Below, one piece after another: positions 26,485 through 39,427 of a stretch of 64,000 nt of DNA (the stretch's first letter is position 1; each line of letters begins with the position of its first letter). The notes beneath the pieces were generated by a model. The model was not told where the DNA came from. It saw nothing but the letters and a program-made list of their open reading frames with translations, and made no database searches. A program made the position numbers and the translations under genes. The DNA is from Octopus sinensis (Eukaryota): contig NC_043017.1 of NCBI RefSeq assembly GCF_006345805.1, positions 22,320,001 through 22,384,000 of the forward strand. The letters run 5' to 3'.

Positions 26485-26719
26485 TTAAGGCGGCGAGCTG
26501 GCAGAAGCGTTAGCACGCTGGGCGAAATGCGTAGCCGTATTTCGTCTGCCGTTACGTTCTGGGTTCAAATTCTGCCGAGGTCGACTTTGCCTTTCATCCT
26601 TTCAGGGTCGATAAATTAAGTACCAGTTATGCACTGGGGTCGATGTAATCGACTTAATCCGTTTGTCTGTCCTTGTTTGTCCCCTCTGTGTTTAGCCCCT
26701 TGTGGGTAGAAAAGAAATA
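26485..26719 (+). mobile_element. tRNA-derived SINE, family C, with 14-bp TSD
   Basis: GGCGGCGAGCTGGCAGAA...GGGTTCAAATTC...GCCCCTTGTGGGTAGAAAAGAAAT. TATTTGATGGCTAG at 26471-26484 and 26720-26733. Confidence 0.93.
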
Positions 26720-26995
26720 TATTTGATGGCTAGGTGCACTTCCTGCCATGCAAGCCCTTCAATGTTTTAACTTCTATCTTTTACTTGCTGCAGTCATTAA
26801 ACCGCGTGGCCAGGCTGGGACATCACCTTAAAGAATTTTAAAGTTGAATAGAGCAACTCCAGTACTTATTCTCTTTTTTAAAGCCTGGTACATATTCTAT
26901 TGGTCACTAAGTTACAAGGATGTAAACACACCGACACTGGTTGTCAAGCAGCGGTGGGGAACAAAGATGTACACACATACACAAAAGAAGAAAAT

Positions 26996-27323
26996 GAAAA
27001 TGGAGATTGAGAAGTTAATAATTGTTCATTCTTAACAGCAAATTAATCATCCCTTACAGCTGTTTCAATTAATTCTCAGTAAATATTAAGTACATATTAA
27101 ATATATATAACCTGAGCATAATATCTTCAGAGGGAAAAATATACCCTTGGATGTTTTATTTGTGTTTAGGATTTTTTACCCTCTGAAGATACTATGCTCA
27201 GCTATTATATATATTTAATATTTATTTAATATTTACTGAATATGAAAGGAAACAGTTGTAAGGGATGATGATAATATTTGCTGTTAATAATAAACAATTA
27301 TTAACTTTCCAATCTCCATTTTC
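26996..27323. repeat. Imperfect foldback (about 150-bp arms), MITE-like
   Basis: GAAAATGGAGATT...CTTCAGAGGG versus CCCTCTGAAG...AATCTCCATTTTC. Roughly 80-85% identity by eye. Confidence 0.8.
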
Positions 27324-27413
27324 TTTTTTTTCTTTTATATGAATATAAACTATGTTTTTATATATATATATATATATATTTATCAAAATAAAAACATGAT
27401 GCAAAGGATTTAG

Positions 27414-27498
27414 CGGTACATATGTTTCGGGCCTTTATTAGACGGTTTATAACAATGCATAATTGATGTAGATGTGTGTCTATAGTCTTCTTCAGCCG
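27414..27498 (-). ncRNA. Type I hammerhead motif with extended stem II (family H5)
   Basis: Minus strand: CGG-CTGAAGA-A-G...(TAGAC/GTCTA helix)...C-GAAA-CATATGT-A-CCG. Stem III ACATATGT is a perfect palindrome. Confidence 0.6.
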
Positions 27499-27918
27499 TG
27501 TACAATTACTGCTTCAAGAACATGCATTACATTATAAGTTTTACGTTGGGGATGCAAATCCTCATAGTCGTATACGATAGAACAAAATCAAAGCGTCCAT
27601 CCCGTTTTTCACTCGATGTAGTATGAGGAAGTTTGGATGTTGAGATAGAGAGAGAAGGGGTGGGGGGGGTGAATCTTTAGTGAGTTAGGGATCACAAAGA
27701 GGGAGGGTAGTAGGTGCAAAAGGTAGTAAAAGAGTAAAAAATTACAAAAGAGTAAAAATTAAAATATATATATATATATATACCTATTATTTTAAGGAAA
27801 TTCATTCCCCTAAAATATTAGGTATTGAACCAGTATTTCCTTGGATGAAATCATCCCTTCATGAGGTTAACACAATCTCTAATCGAATTACATACACACA
27901 CACATGCACACACATGCG

Positions 27919-27979
<61 letters not shown>

Positions 27980-28404
27980 GATGAGTTTCTTACATGCCTG
28001 TGATTTTTATTTCTTTTATTTCACTATTCTTCAGCTGTACGAGCCAACAAATCTTATTTCTGCAAGATATCTTTGTATGGTTCCTCAATTCAACTTCGGA
28101 ACCAATTAAAGAGATCTCAGCCCAAGGTTACTCCACAGGCTTTGAAAATTTCTAAAGGTGATTCAGAGAAGGGGCACACTCATCACTGGAAGTTCTTATA
28201 GAAGAAGTATCCACTACAAGATGGTTTATGTAAAACCAGTATCTTAGGTTGCGAATATGCTGGGGCACCTGTCTTGAAGGCATTTCATCTGGCTGTATTG
28301 ATTCCAGTACTTGTTCTGTTGATCTCAGGTAACAATGAAAGGTAAAAGTTACCTGTTTTAAAGGGCATACAATGTACTTTTGTTCAACACACAATTTTCC
28401 ATCA

Positions 28405-28803
28405 ATGAGCTTCAAATGCATCTACAGGGATGCAGGGGAGATGCTGCAAGAATGGTAGTGTAGTGCAGAATTTTTGCTGTGCAACCTCTTGGTCCTGGGT
28501 TCAGTCCTGTTGCAAGGCTGCTTGGGTGTTTTCTACAAAAATCATCAAGCTGGCAAATGGTTTATCTTTAATCTTTAATGTTTTGCCTGTTTCAGTCATT
28601 AGATTGTGGCCATGCTGGGGAACCACCTTGAAGAATTTTAGTCAGACAAATTGACCCCAAATACTTTTTTTGTAGAAAACACCCAAGTAGCCTTGCAACA
28701 GGACTGAACCCAGGACCAAGAGGTTGCACAGCAAAAATTCTGCACTACACTACCATTCTTGCAGCATCTCCCCTGCATCCCTGTAGATGCATTTGAAGTT
28801 CAT
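28405..28803. repeat. Local inverted duplication, 137-bp arms, 2 mismatches
   Basis: 28405-28541 versus the reverse complement of 28667-28803, compared base by base. Confidence 0.95.
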
Positions 28804-29046
28804 AGAATATGCATACATAAATTCCAGTGTATATATAATATTGTGTGTGTATATATATATATATATATATACAAATTCATGAAAATATATACACTATACG
28901 TATGTATGTATAGATGTATGTATGGATGCATGTATATATATGTATGTATATATGCATGTATGGAATTATGTATATATGTATGTATGGATGCATGTATATA
29001 TATGTATTTATATATGCATGTACATATGTATGTGTGTATGTATGTA

Positions 29047-29079
<33 letters not shown>

Positions 29080-29699
29080 GCATATTGTGCATATATATAT
29101 CTAAAAATTCATGAAAATATATACACTATATGCATATATGTATACATGTATATATGTATGCATGCATGTATGTATGTATGCATGCATGTATGTATGTACA
29201 CATATACTTGTGTCTAAGTATGTTAATCATTGTTTTTTTTTGGCATATTGAAATATTTAATTTAATCAGATTCAATTATTTATTTATTTTATATAGCCTC
29301 GTTTTTAATTGCTGTTGCCGTTGACTTTGATGTCACTGTTGATGTTGTTGCTTGCTGTTAACAGTTTTAATACCTCTGGCTGTTGCTTAGTTCCTGTTGT
29401 GCACACAGAGATAGAGAGAAGGAGAGAGAGAGAGAGAGAGGGAGGAGGCAGGCAAACATACCAACACACCTAGATCACTCAACCATTGTCACCTAAAGCC
29501 TCACCAGATGATGTGTTTCACAAGCGCAAGAGATCAAAGGCAAGCATCTTGCCTAATCTGTTTCTTTGTTCAAAGAATCTCTCTCTCTCTATTTCTCTCT
29601 CTCTCTCACTCTCTCTCATTCTCTCTCTCTTTTCATATATATATGATGGGGAGAGAAAGTGATTAAAGAGAAAGATGAAGAGAAAATGTGCAAGTGACA

Positions 29700-29712
29700 T
29701 AATTATATTATG

Positions 29713-29752
<40 letters not shown>

Positions 29753-29768
29753 GTATATATATGTATCC

Positions 29769-29807
<39 letters not shown>

Positions 29808-29908
29808 TATATATATACAGATATATATATACATACACAGGTATATATACATATATATACATACACAGATATATATACATATATATATACAGATGTATAT
29901 ATGTATCG

Positions 29909-29946
<38 letters not shown>

Positions 29947-30346
29947 TATATATATATATATTATATATATATACATACATACACATACACAGATATATAT
30001 ATATGTATATATATATATATATGTATGTATGGATATATATATATAAATACAGACATATATATATATATACATAGACAGATATATATATGTATATATATAT
30101 GTATGTATGGATATACATATATATATGTATATAGTGAAAGAGAGGGAGAGGAGGAGGAGGACGGGAGGGAGAAGGCAAAGAGAAAGTAAAGATAGTACAA
30201 CAGAATGGTTGAAGTAGATTGAAGGTATGGCAAGCAGTTGTAGGGGGATGGTTATAAGGATACAGGGGTGACAAGGTAGATAGAAATTACAAAATGATAG
30301 TGTTGGTACAAAGGCAAGAGAGGGACAGGGACAGAGAGAGACAGAC

Positions 30347-30429
<83 letters not shown>

Positions 30430-30430
30430 G
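29700..30430. repeat. (TA)n block and pure (GATA)n
   Basis: Direct reading. Confidence 0.95.
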
Positions 30431-30719
30431 AGAGAGGGGGAGAAGAAGGAAAAGACTATGATGCAGTTAGCATGCAAGAAACTAACATGAAATAATTAGG
30501 GACAGTCACAAAAAGGTTGAACGTATCACATGAGCAGAAATAAAAACAACAACGGCTGCAACGACAACAACAATGACAACAACAACAACGATAACAACAA
30601 CAATAAGCAATCATCATTAACGTCTGCAATAACAAAGAAAACTGGGAGCGAGAAGAAAATCGTTAAATACTCTGAAGAACATTCAGGTGTTTATGTATTT
30701 GTTTGGATTCCACTTACGA

Positions 30720-30805
30720 GGAGGTGGGGTGGGTGGGTTTATGGGAGGGAGGGGAGGTTGGAGGATGGAGGGTGAGGAGGGAAGAGGGGTGGGGTGGGGT
30801 GGGGG
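30720..30805 (+). other. G-rich tract with multiple G-quadruplex registers
   Basis: More than 10 GGG/GGGG runs. Confidence 0.6.
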
Positions 30806-31517
30806 AGCCGAGGAACATCAAACGGAAATGGATTGTGTGTTCTTGGTTTGCCAAAATAAACACAGAACCAAATGTGTTTGGTGAGCAAAGTAACCCCTTA
30901 AAAAAAGATGAGAGAGAGGAGGAGGAGAGAGAGAGAGGGGGAAGAGGGGTGAAAGACAGGAGGAGAAAGATTTCAATAAAGTGATAAGGTTCTTCTGGGA
31001 GTTTTTATTTGTTTAAAATTATAAGCACACACACATCTATTATTTTATTTTTTTTTTTAATTCTTTAGATTTAAATTTGAATTGGTTCCAAAGGGTGAGA
31101 GTTGCCAGAATAAATTTATCCTCAAAATATTGCAATTGAGATATTTATCTTGCTGTTAGTTAGTGGAGGGCCTTATGAACATCAAGTATCATTATCATTT
31201 CTTAAGATTAGTTTAATTACAGATTTGGTGTTTTCAAATTCGAAAATTTCTGCCACTGCTTACTAATAGAGATTTATCACCATTTTGGATATCCTTAAAT
31301 TGGTCAGCACAAATTTGCTGGAGAAATAAATAGTTCATGGGTTAAAAATCCTTTAAATTTTATTTTATTGTTTTTGTTTAATCTCTGACATCTTTGGTTA
31401 ATCTAAACAGTGAGCTCACATCTTGTCCCCCTCCGCACTCTTTAAAATAACACTGCACTTTAAAAGATACACATTTCATTCGCTCAACTGCAATTAAGAG
31501 GGAGCTATGAAGCTTAA

Positions 31518-31735
31518 CTCTTTTGTTACCATATTTGGATAGAGATGCTCTATGTTTCCTTTCAATTAATTTTAAATACAACTAAGAATTTAGTAAAATA
31601 TCTCAGTTATCTGTAGTGTTAGGAACATAAATTGTGACTAAGGTTTGGTGGAAGATTTTTATTCCGAAATTTTGAAAGCAAGACATTTGTACCAGAGAGC
31701 CAGAGGACATTTCTACCGAGTTGGTATCAAAAGGA
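31518..31735. mobile_element. piggyBac-like MITE with TTAA on both sides
   Basis: TTAA|CTCTTTTGTTAC...GTATCAAAAGGA|TTAA. Homologous to 14205-14395. Confidence 0.65.
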
Positions 31736-33583
31736 TTAAAGTGGATGGAAACAAACCAACACTGATTCTCAAGCAGTGTGATATTAGACAGGGGTACAAA
31801 CACAAAGACACATATATATATACATTTTTATATATGAGTGTGTGTGTGTGTGTGTGTGTTTGTGTGTGTGTGTATACATACACACACACACACAATATTC
31901 CACAATATTTCCATCTATCAAATTCATTCACGTTGTTTGACCCAGGTGTCATAGTAAAAGTCACTTGCCCAAGGTGCCATGCAGTGGGACTGAACTCGAA
32001 GCCATATACTTGCAAAGTTATCTTCTTAACCAAACAGCTGTGCCTGTGCCTTTTAGCACGAGATTAAACTAGATGCCATTCCCTCTTCAAAATTTAAGTG
32101 AATACCAGGTTTGTAATTGTTTAAATAAACAAATTATGCTCCCACACTGGAGAATCAATATCGAATTTGGAAGACCCAATTTATCACATGTGATATCATG
32201 TAAATATTGATACAATATTCCTAATAAAAACATGGAAGCTTCATCGAGACACATTTTTCAAAGTGTGGTGTGCAATTAGGGTGGCTTCATCCCCTAACTG
32301 AAAGAAAATAGGTGTTAATATCCCTTAACATTTGTTCTAACACTTCATATGCAAATACTAAAATATTCAGAAGCATTCTATCACATACGCATACAAGGGT
32401 ATGTATAAACACACACACATACACATATACACATATACACACACATATTTATAGGAGGGGTAGGTGTGTCTGTGTACATGTTTATGTGTTTGCTTTTGCA
32501 CTCAATTAAGTTTTGTTGTAATTAGGTAATTGCCTGGCAATGCCTCACTAAAATGGATATCTGCAAGCCTAATGAATTCAGAAGCTTCCTCCCCAAAGTT
32601 GCAAAGTTGCAGGGATTCGTCATGGCAGAGAGGTGATGGTGTAGGAAGGGAGAGGAGCCTTTATTTATGGTTCTAGTTGCACAAAGCATAGGAAACTAAT
32701 CATACCCCAATTAAAGTCCCTTAATGGAATGATGCCGATATCATTATACCATTATTTCGAGTGAAGACTGGAAGAGAAAAATAAAAATAAACAAGACCTT
32801 TAATGAATAATACAGCACGTGGCTCAAACAAACAATAAAGAACTGTATTAACAAATTAGACAGGTATCTAATTTATATTAAAGCACCACCAGGGGTAACT
32901 GTATGCCTGGTTAAAAATATGTCTGATGTTATATATAAGCCCCTATGACATTTATGTCCAAAGTCTGGTGTGTAACCTAAATGTAATCCCTCTTTAAGCC
33001 TTAAGAGACTAATGATTTGATCCAGTTTCAGGATATTAAGATGAAAGATTAAGTTGAGTGAATGGGGAAACCTCTTCGTGGTCACTTGACATGCTTGAAA
33101 TAGCAGCCAAATTTTCTTCCTATCACATCTTACCATCATAAAGAAAACATAGGACATAGTAGATAACGTAGTCATAGATGGACTATGCCAAAAAACAACA
33201 GATGAGATGGTCACAATTGGAATGCCTTTGATTATAGATCTCCTTGACTCAAGCTGACCTGAGACTAGACAACAACAACCAGTTTATTTCAGAAGAAATT
33301 CTTAATCTATCTGCCACATTATTGCAGAGAAAATGAAGAATAAAGTGTTAGGTCCAGAAACATTGCAAAATTATTGCAATTTTTTTACCTTTGAGCAAGA
33401 AGGCCAATACTTTCCCTTCTTAATCATTTACATCTACCAAGTTTGGCTGTCTGTTCTATTACACTAAACACATCGATATGATCCCTTTTATTTTTCCCTG
33501 TGAAACTAAAGATCTGATTTTTAGTCTGGTTGTTGGTAGAATAATTTATTAATTTTTAAGTACACCATATTTTTAGACTCCCT

Positions 33584-33884
33584 TCAGTCATGAATGACCA
33601 TAGCATTGCACCTAGAAAGTTCCCCTCCAAGGCACAAGTCTGTGCAAGGTTGTTTATGGAAGACCAGCAGTCACCTGTGCACACCAGTCTCCACCTCTAT
33701 GGCACCGATGTTATCCAAGGGAAAAGCAAAGGCCGATACAGCTTGGCACCAGCTGAGTGAACTGGAGCAACATGAAATGAAGTGTCTTGCTCAAGAACAC
33801 AACACGCAGTCCGATCCTGGAATCAAACTCACTACCTCATGATTGTGAGTCCAACACACAAACCACTGAGCTATGCACCTTCAC
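33584..33884 (-). mobile_element. tRNA-derived SINE, family D (central domain Y plus tail 3)
   Basis: Reverse-complement head with TCAGTGGTT (A box) and GTTTGATTCC (B box); domain GTGTTCTTGAGCAAGACACTT. Confidence 0.75.
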
Positions 33885-34296
33885 ATAAGTATGCCATACA
33901 AGGGGTGACCAAAAGGTTTGGCCTCAGAGAGGACAACTGGCTGTAAAACACTGCCTCAAATATATATTGTCTGACCCATGCCAACATAGAAAAGTAAACG
34001 CAAAGTTAACAAGGACGAGGATGATGCATCAATTCAGAAGAGTCACTGGTGAGGGGTGGGGGAGAGAAAGCTGTTGTTTGACCGGGGTTGGTTTGGTGGG
34101 AGATGGTTATTTTGAGATGTAGTAATCTTGTTGGGTTTAATTAATTCAGCATTTTTCATGTAGAGGAAGCCAGGGCCCTTATGAAGAAACCTACAAAGAT
34201 TGAAAGATGGTGACGGATAAATTACCATACTCAATAAAAGTGGAATGATTTCTAATGTTTTTTCTTTATTTTGTCAAATACCTTTCTCTTTTTTTT

Positions 34297-34694
34297 CTTT
34301 TACTTGTTTCAGTCATTTGACTGCGGCCATGCTGGAGCACCGCCTTTAGTTGAGCAAATCGATCCCAGGACTTATTCTTTGTAAGCCTAGTACTTATTCT
34401 ATTGGTCTCTTTTGCCGAACTGCTAAGTTACGGGGAACATGAACACACCAGCATCGGTTGTCAAGCAATGTTGGGGGGACAAACACAAACACACAAACAC
34501 ACACATATATATATATATATATACATATACACGACAGGCTTCTTTCATTTTCTGTCTACCAAATCCACTCACAAGGCTTTGGTCAGCCCGAGGCTATAGT
34601 AGAAGACACTTGCCCAAAGTGCCACACAGTGGGACTGAACCTGGAACCATGTGGTTGGTAAGCAAGCTACTTACCACACAGCCACTCCTGCGCC
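34297..34694 (-). mobile_element. SINE family A, full length
   Basis: Homology to the other copies. Confidence 0.93.
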
Positions 34695-34951
34695 TTGATG
34701 AAGAAAGACATCTAATTCTGTCACTTTATTAGTAAAAGAGAGTACAAAAAGCATTCTACTCTGATATTTGTGAGTGTCTGGTATTTGTCAGTCTAAGAAT
34801 CACTGGGCTGGTCTACTAGAAAAAAAAAAGACAAAAAGAAGTACCCACCTCCTACTGTGAAACTGATTGGTTTCAGAAAGGTCAAATATTTGAAAGAACT
34901 ATATCGATAATTCGAACAAATATCCACATTTCTTATATAAAAAGAAACATT

Positions 34952-35518
34952 CAGGAGTGGCTATGTGGTAAGTAGCTTGCTTATCAACCACATGGTTCCG
35001 GGTTCAGTTCCACTGCGTGGCACCTTGGGCAAGTGTTTTCTACTATAGCCTTGGGCCGACCAAAGCCTTGTGAGTGGATTTGGTAGACGGAAACTGAAAG
35101 AAGCCCGTCGTATATATGTGTATATATATATATATAAATATACTGGAGTAAACACATAAATGTGAAACAAGGTGGAAAAAAGTGTACTCATATACCAGTG
35201 GTAGAGTAATATGCTTTATTTAAAGCAGCAGAAATTTCAACAAGACCTGAGTTTCCTGTTGCCGTTCATCGGACAGTTATATATACATATATATATATGT
35301 AGGTGTGTCTATGTCTGTGTGTCTGTGTTTGTCCCCCCCAACATTTCTTGACAACCGATGCTGGTGTGTTTACATCCCCGTAACTTAGCTGTTCGGCAAA
35401 AGAGACCGATAGAATAAGTACTAGGCTTACAAAGAATAAGTCCTGGGGTCGATTTGCTCGACTAAAGGCGGTGCTCCAGCATGGCCGCAGTCAAATGACT
35501 GAAACGAGTAAAAGAGTA
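34952..35518 (+). mobile_element. SINE family A carrying a nested ~140-bp HHR-family H2 insertion (35141-35278, minus strand) in its internal microsatellite
   Basis: SINE head at 34952-35120 and body/tail at 35290-35518. The insert is homologous to the reverse complement of 17561-17633. Confidence 0.85.
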
Positions 35519-35717
35519 TTCAAATAACGACATTTTCACATTATTTCTAAATAACAGAAAGCAATCTGTTATTGAATTCAATCTAGATTAAGACTCAGCT
35601 TTATGTCATTTGATCATTAGAGATTTAAATAAATGCAATTAGATATATCATATTCTCACAAGTTTCTCATTTATTTTGGCTGTGTTTTTTGTTTTGTTTT
35701 GTTTCCTAATGCAAAAT

Positions 35718-36126
35718 AGGCGCAGGAGTGGCTGTGTGTTAAGTAGCTTGCTAACCAACCACATGGTTCTGGGTTCAGCCCCACTGCGTGGCATCTTGGG
35801 CAAGTGTCTTCTGCTATAGCCCCGGGCCGACCAATGCCTTGTGAGTGGATTTGGTAGACGGAAACTGAAAGAAGCCTGTCGTATATATGTAATATATATA
35901 TGTGTGTGTGTGTGTTTGTGTGTCTGTGTTGTCCCCCTAGCATTGCTTGACAACCGATGCTGGTGTGTTTACGTCCCCGTCACTTAGCGGTTCAGCAAAA
36001 GAGACCGATAGAATAAGTACTGGGCTTACAAAGAATAAGTCCTGGGGTTGACTTGCTCGACTAAAGGCGTGCTCCAGCATGGCCGCGGTCAAATGACTGA
36101 AACAAGTAAAAAGAGTAAAGAGAGAG
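35718..36126 (+). mobile_element. SINE family A, full length
   Basis: Homology to the other copies. Confidence 0.93.
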
Positions 36127-36560
36127 TAGGTACAAGCATGGCTATGTGGTTAAGAAGCTCACTTTGCAGCTATGTGATTTGGGGTTCAATTCCACCATGC
36201 AGTACCTTGGGCTTCTAAGTGAATTTGGTAGATGGAGAACCGTGTGCACATCTGTTGTATATGTGTGCCTCTTTGTTTTCCCCTCATCAGTTCTGGACAA
36301 CCAGCATCGGCGTGTTTATGTCTGATAGAATTAAGTTCCAGACTTTAAAGTTATGTACTGGGATAGATTTGTTTGGCTAAACCTTTGAAATACTGCCCCA
36401 GCATGGCTGCAGTCCAGTGGCTGAAACAAGTAAAAGATAAAATGACCCTATCTATTTCTCCTCCATGCTTATTTGTTTCTATTTATCTCAAAATAATATA
36501 TAATTCACATAAAGCCGTCTAACCCTTTAACATTCTGATTATTCTGTTAATGGTAATACT

Positions 36561-36895
36561 TCATCATCATCATCATTATCATCATGGTTTAACGTCCACT
36601 TTCCATGCTAGCATGGGTTGGACGATTTAACTGAGGACTGGCAAACCAGATGGCTGCACCAGGCTCCAATCTTGATCTGGCAGAGTTTCTACAGCTGGAT
36701 GCCCTTCCTAACACCAACCACTCTGAGAGTGTAGTGGGTGCTTTTTCGTGCCAGTCAGGTGGTACTGGCAATGGCGACGCTCAAATGGTGTTTTTTATGT
36801 GCCACCTACACAGGAGCCAGTCCAGTGGCACTGGCAACGACCTTGCTCAAATGTTTTTTCATGTGCCACCATCACAAGTGCCAGTAAGGCAAAGT
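36561..36895 (-). mobile_element. Family B
   Basis: (CAT)n followed by the reverse complement of the family B tail. Confidence 0.85.
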
Positions 36896-37050
36896 TGGTA
36901 ACAATCACGCACGAATATTTATTCATATTGCTTTCAATTAATCAGGCATTTATCGTGTAGCTTCAAGATTTCGGTGATGTGGAAGTTTATATTTCGAATG
37001 ACATTGTAGGTTAGGTATGAATGGCCAGATCTGGCTACTTTGAACATAAT

Positions 37051-37261
37051 TATTTCTTTACTACCCACAAGGGGCTAAACACAGAGGGCACAAACAAGGA
37101 CAGATATCGACCCCAGTGTGTAACTGGTACTTAATTTATCGACCCCAAAATGATGAAAGGCAAAGTCGACCTCGGCAGAATTTGAACTCAGAACGTAGCG
37201 GCAGACGAAATACGGCTACGCATTTCGCCCGGCGTGCTAACGTTTCTGCCAGCTCGCCGCC
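37051..37261 (-). mobile_element. SINE family C with 12-bp TSD, nested in an older TTAA-ended repeat
   Basis: TTTGAACATAAT at 37039-37050 and 37262-37273. Confidence 0.92.
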
Positions 37262-37389
37262 TTTGAACATAATGCAGGAAGAATATTTTGGCTAGATTTA
37301 GCAGGATTAAATACTAAAGGGTTAAACAGATGAAAATAACCCCACAAGAAAAATTCATAATTTTCTGTGACTGTTGCTGCTAGGAATGT

Positions 37390-37985
37390 CATTTAATGGA
37401 AAGGAGCCCCACGTATTTTTGCCAGCCTTGTATGTCCAATGCTTCTCTTTCCCCCTCTGCTCAGTCGTGACCTCCTCTTTCTTTCCACATTGTTCTCAGT
37501 CAAATGGCTCTAAGCTTTCCCCTTCTTCTAGTTCCTTGGTGTATCCATTTTACTGCTCGACTTATCAGTCTTCAGGCTGTGACTAAAACACATAGCCCAA
37601 CCATAACCAGACTCTCTCTATTATTTATCTATCTGTACAAGATACTTTTGTGACGTCTCAAGCCACTGTATTTCTCATAAAACCACATCATTGCATTCTC
37701 AGGAGTCTTCATTAATGCTTTATCTTCAAAGGTTCTAATAGGATTAGCCAGTTTGATTGCTATGCCATGCTTCTATTTCATATATTAAAACATTTCTTAC
37801 TAATGACATTGACACTTTTACTTTCATATGAATCACCAATCAATGTTATTTCTATACATTTGAAAGCAGCAGTCCATTGCTTCGTTTACTTTCTTACATC
37901 TTTCATGTAATTCAATTTCTAAAAAAGTCCATCACTTCCTGTAAAAGTTCCGAGATATTTAAACCAGCTTCATTCAAATGATGAT
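37390..37985 (-). pseudogene. Old RTE-clade LINE, RT C-terminal remnant
   Basis: FKYLGTFTGSDG..EIELHERCKK, VRNVLIYEIEAW, RTFEDKAL, WLWLGYVF, RAVKWIHQGTRRRGK, ALDIQGWQKYVG, with stops and frameshifts. Confidence 0.75.
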
Positions 37986-38059
37986 GATGTAATCACTGAG
38001 ATAGACACCCAATGAATCCTCGTCCAATATGTAGCAGTTATCTTTATATGCATAGATTG

Positions 38060-38295
38060 AAAGGCGGCGAGCTGGCAGAAACGTTAGCATGCTGGGCGAA
38101 ATGCGTAGCTGTATTTCGTCTGCCGTTATGTTGTGAGTTCAAATTCCGCTGAGGTCGACTTTGCCTTTCATCCTTTCGGGGTCGATAAATTAAGTACCAG
38201 TTACGCACTGGGGTCGATGTAATCGACTTAATCCATTTGTCTGTTCTTGTTTGTCTCCTCTATGTTTAGCCCCTTGTGGGTAATAAAGAAATATG
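38060..38295 (+). mobile_element. SINE family C with 13-bp TSD
   Basis: TATGCATAGATTG at 38047-38059 and 38296-38308. Confidence 0.92.
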
Positions 38296-38454
38296 TATGC
38301 ATAGATTGTGGTTAAGAAGATTGCTTCTCTACTTTGCGGTTCCAGGTTCAATCCCACTATGTAGCAACATGAGCAAGTGCCTTCTGCTTTAGCCACAGGC
38401 TGACCAAAGCTTTGTCAGTAGATTTAGGGGATAGAAACTGACAGACTCCATCAT

Positions 38455-38485
<31 letters not shown>

Positions 38486-38907
38486 CATGTTTATTCTTTT
38501 ATTCGTTTATTTGTTTCAGTCATTTGACTATGGCTATGCTGGGGCACCGCCTTGAAAAATTTTAGCCAAAAGAATCAAATCCAGTAATTTTTGTTTGAAG
38601 CCTGGTACTTATTCTATCGATCTCTTTTGCCAAACTGCTAAGTTACAGGGATGTAAACACACCAACACCGGCTGTCAAGTAGTAGTAGTGGTGGTGGACA
38701 AACGCAAGCACAAAGACACATACACATAGATATATACATATTAACATATTAATTTTCCACTAAATCCACTAAATAGCCTGGGGGCTATAGCAGTAGACAC
38801 TTGCTCATGTTGCTACTTAGTGGAATTGAACCTGGAACCACAAAGTAGAGAAGCAATCTTCTTAACCACAATCTATGCATATATATTTCTTTATTGCCCA
38901 CAAGGGG
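38270..38907. repeat. Local inverted duplication, ~132-bp arms (~92% identical)
   Basis: 38270-38401 versus the reverse complement of 38775-38907. Spans the SINE C tail/TSD junction. Confidence 0.9.
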
Positions 38908-39044
38908 TTTTAGTCAGCCAGAGGCTATATTAGAAGAGACTTGCTCAAGGTGCTACACATAGGACTGAACCTGGAGCCATGTATTGGGAAGCAAGCTTCT
39001 AACCACACAGCCATACCTATGTATCTGTATGTATTGTCTTTTAA

Positions 39045-39427
39045 TCTTTTACTTGCTTAGTCATTTGGCTGTGACCATGCTGGAGCACCGTCTTTAGTCA
39101 AGCAAATCGACTTCAGGACTTATTTGTTGTAAGCCTAGTACTTATTCTATAAGTCTCTTTTGCTGAACCACTAAGTTATAGGGACGTAAACACACCAGCA
39201 TCAGTTGTCAAGTGATGTTTGGAGGACAAACACTGACACAGAAAAACACACACATATATATGTACATATACACAACAGACTTCTTTCAGTTTCTGTCTAC
39301 CAAATCTACTCACAAGGCTTCGGTCGGCCCGAGGCTATAGTAGAAGACACTTGCCCAAGGTGCCACACAGTGGAACTGAACCCGGAACCATGTGGTTGGT
39401 AAGCAAGGTACTTCCCACACAGCCTCT
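39045..39427 (-). mobile_element. SINE family A
   Basis: Homology to the other copies. Confidence 0.9.
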
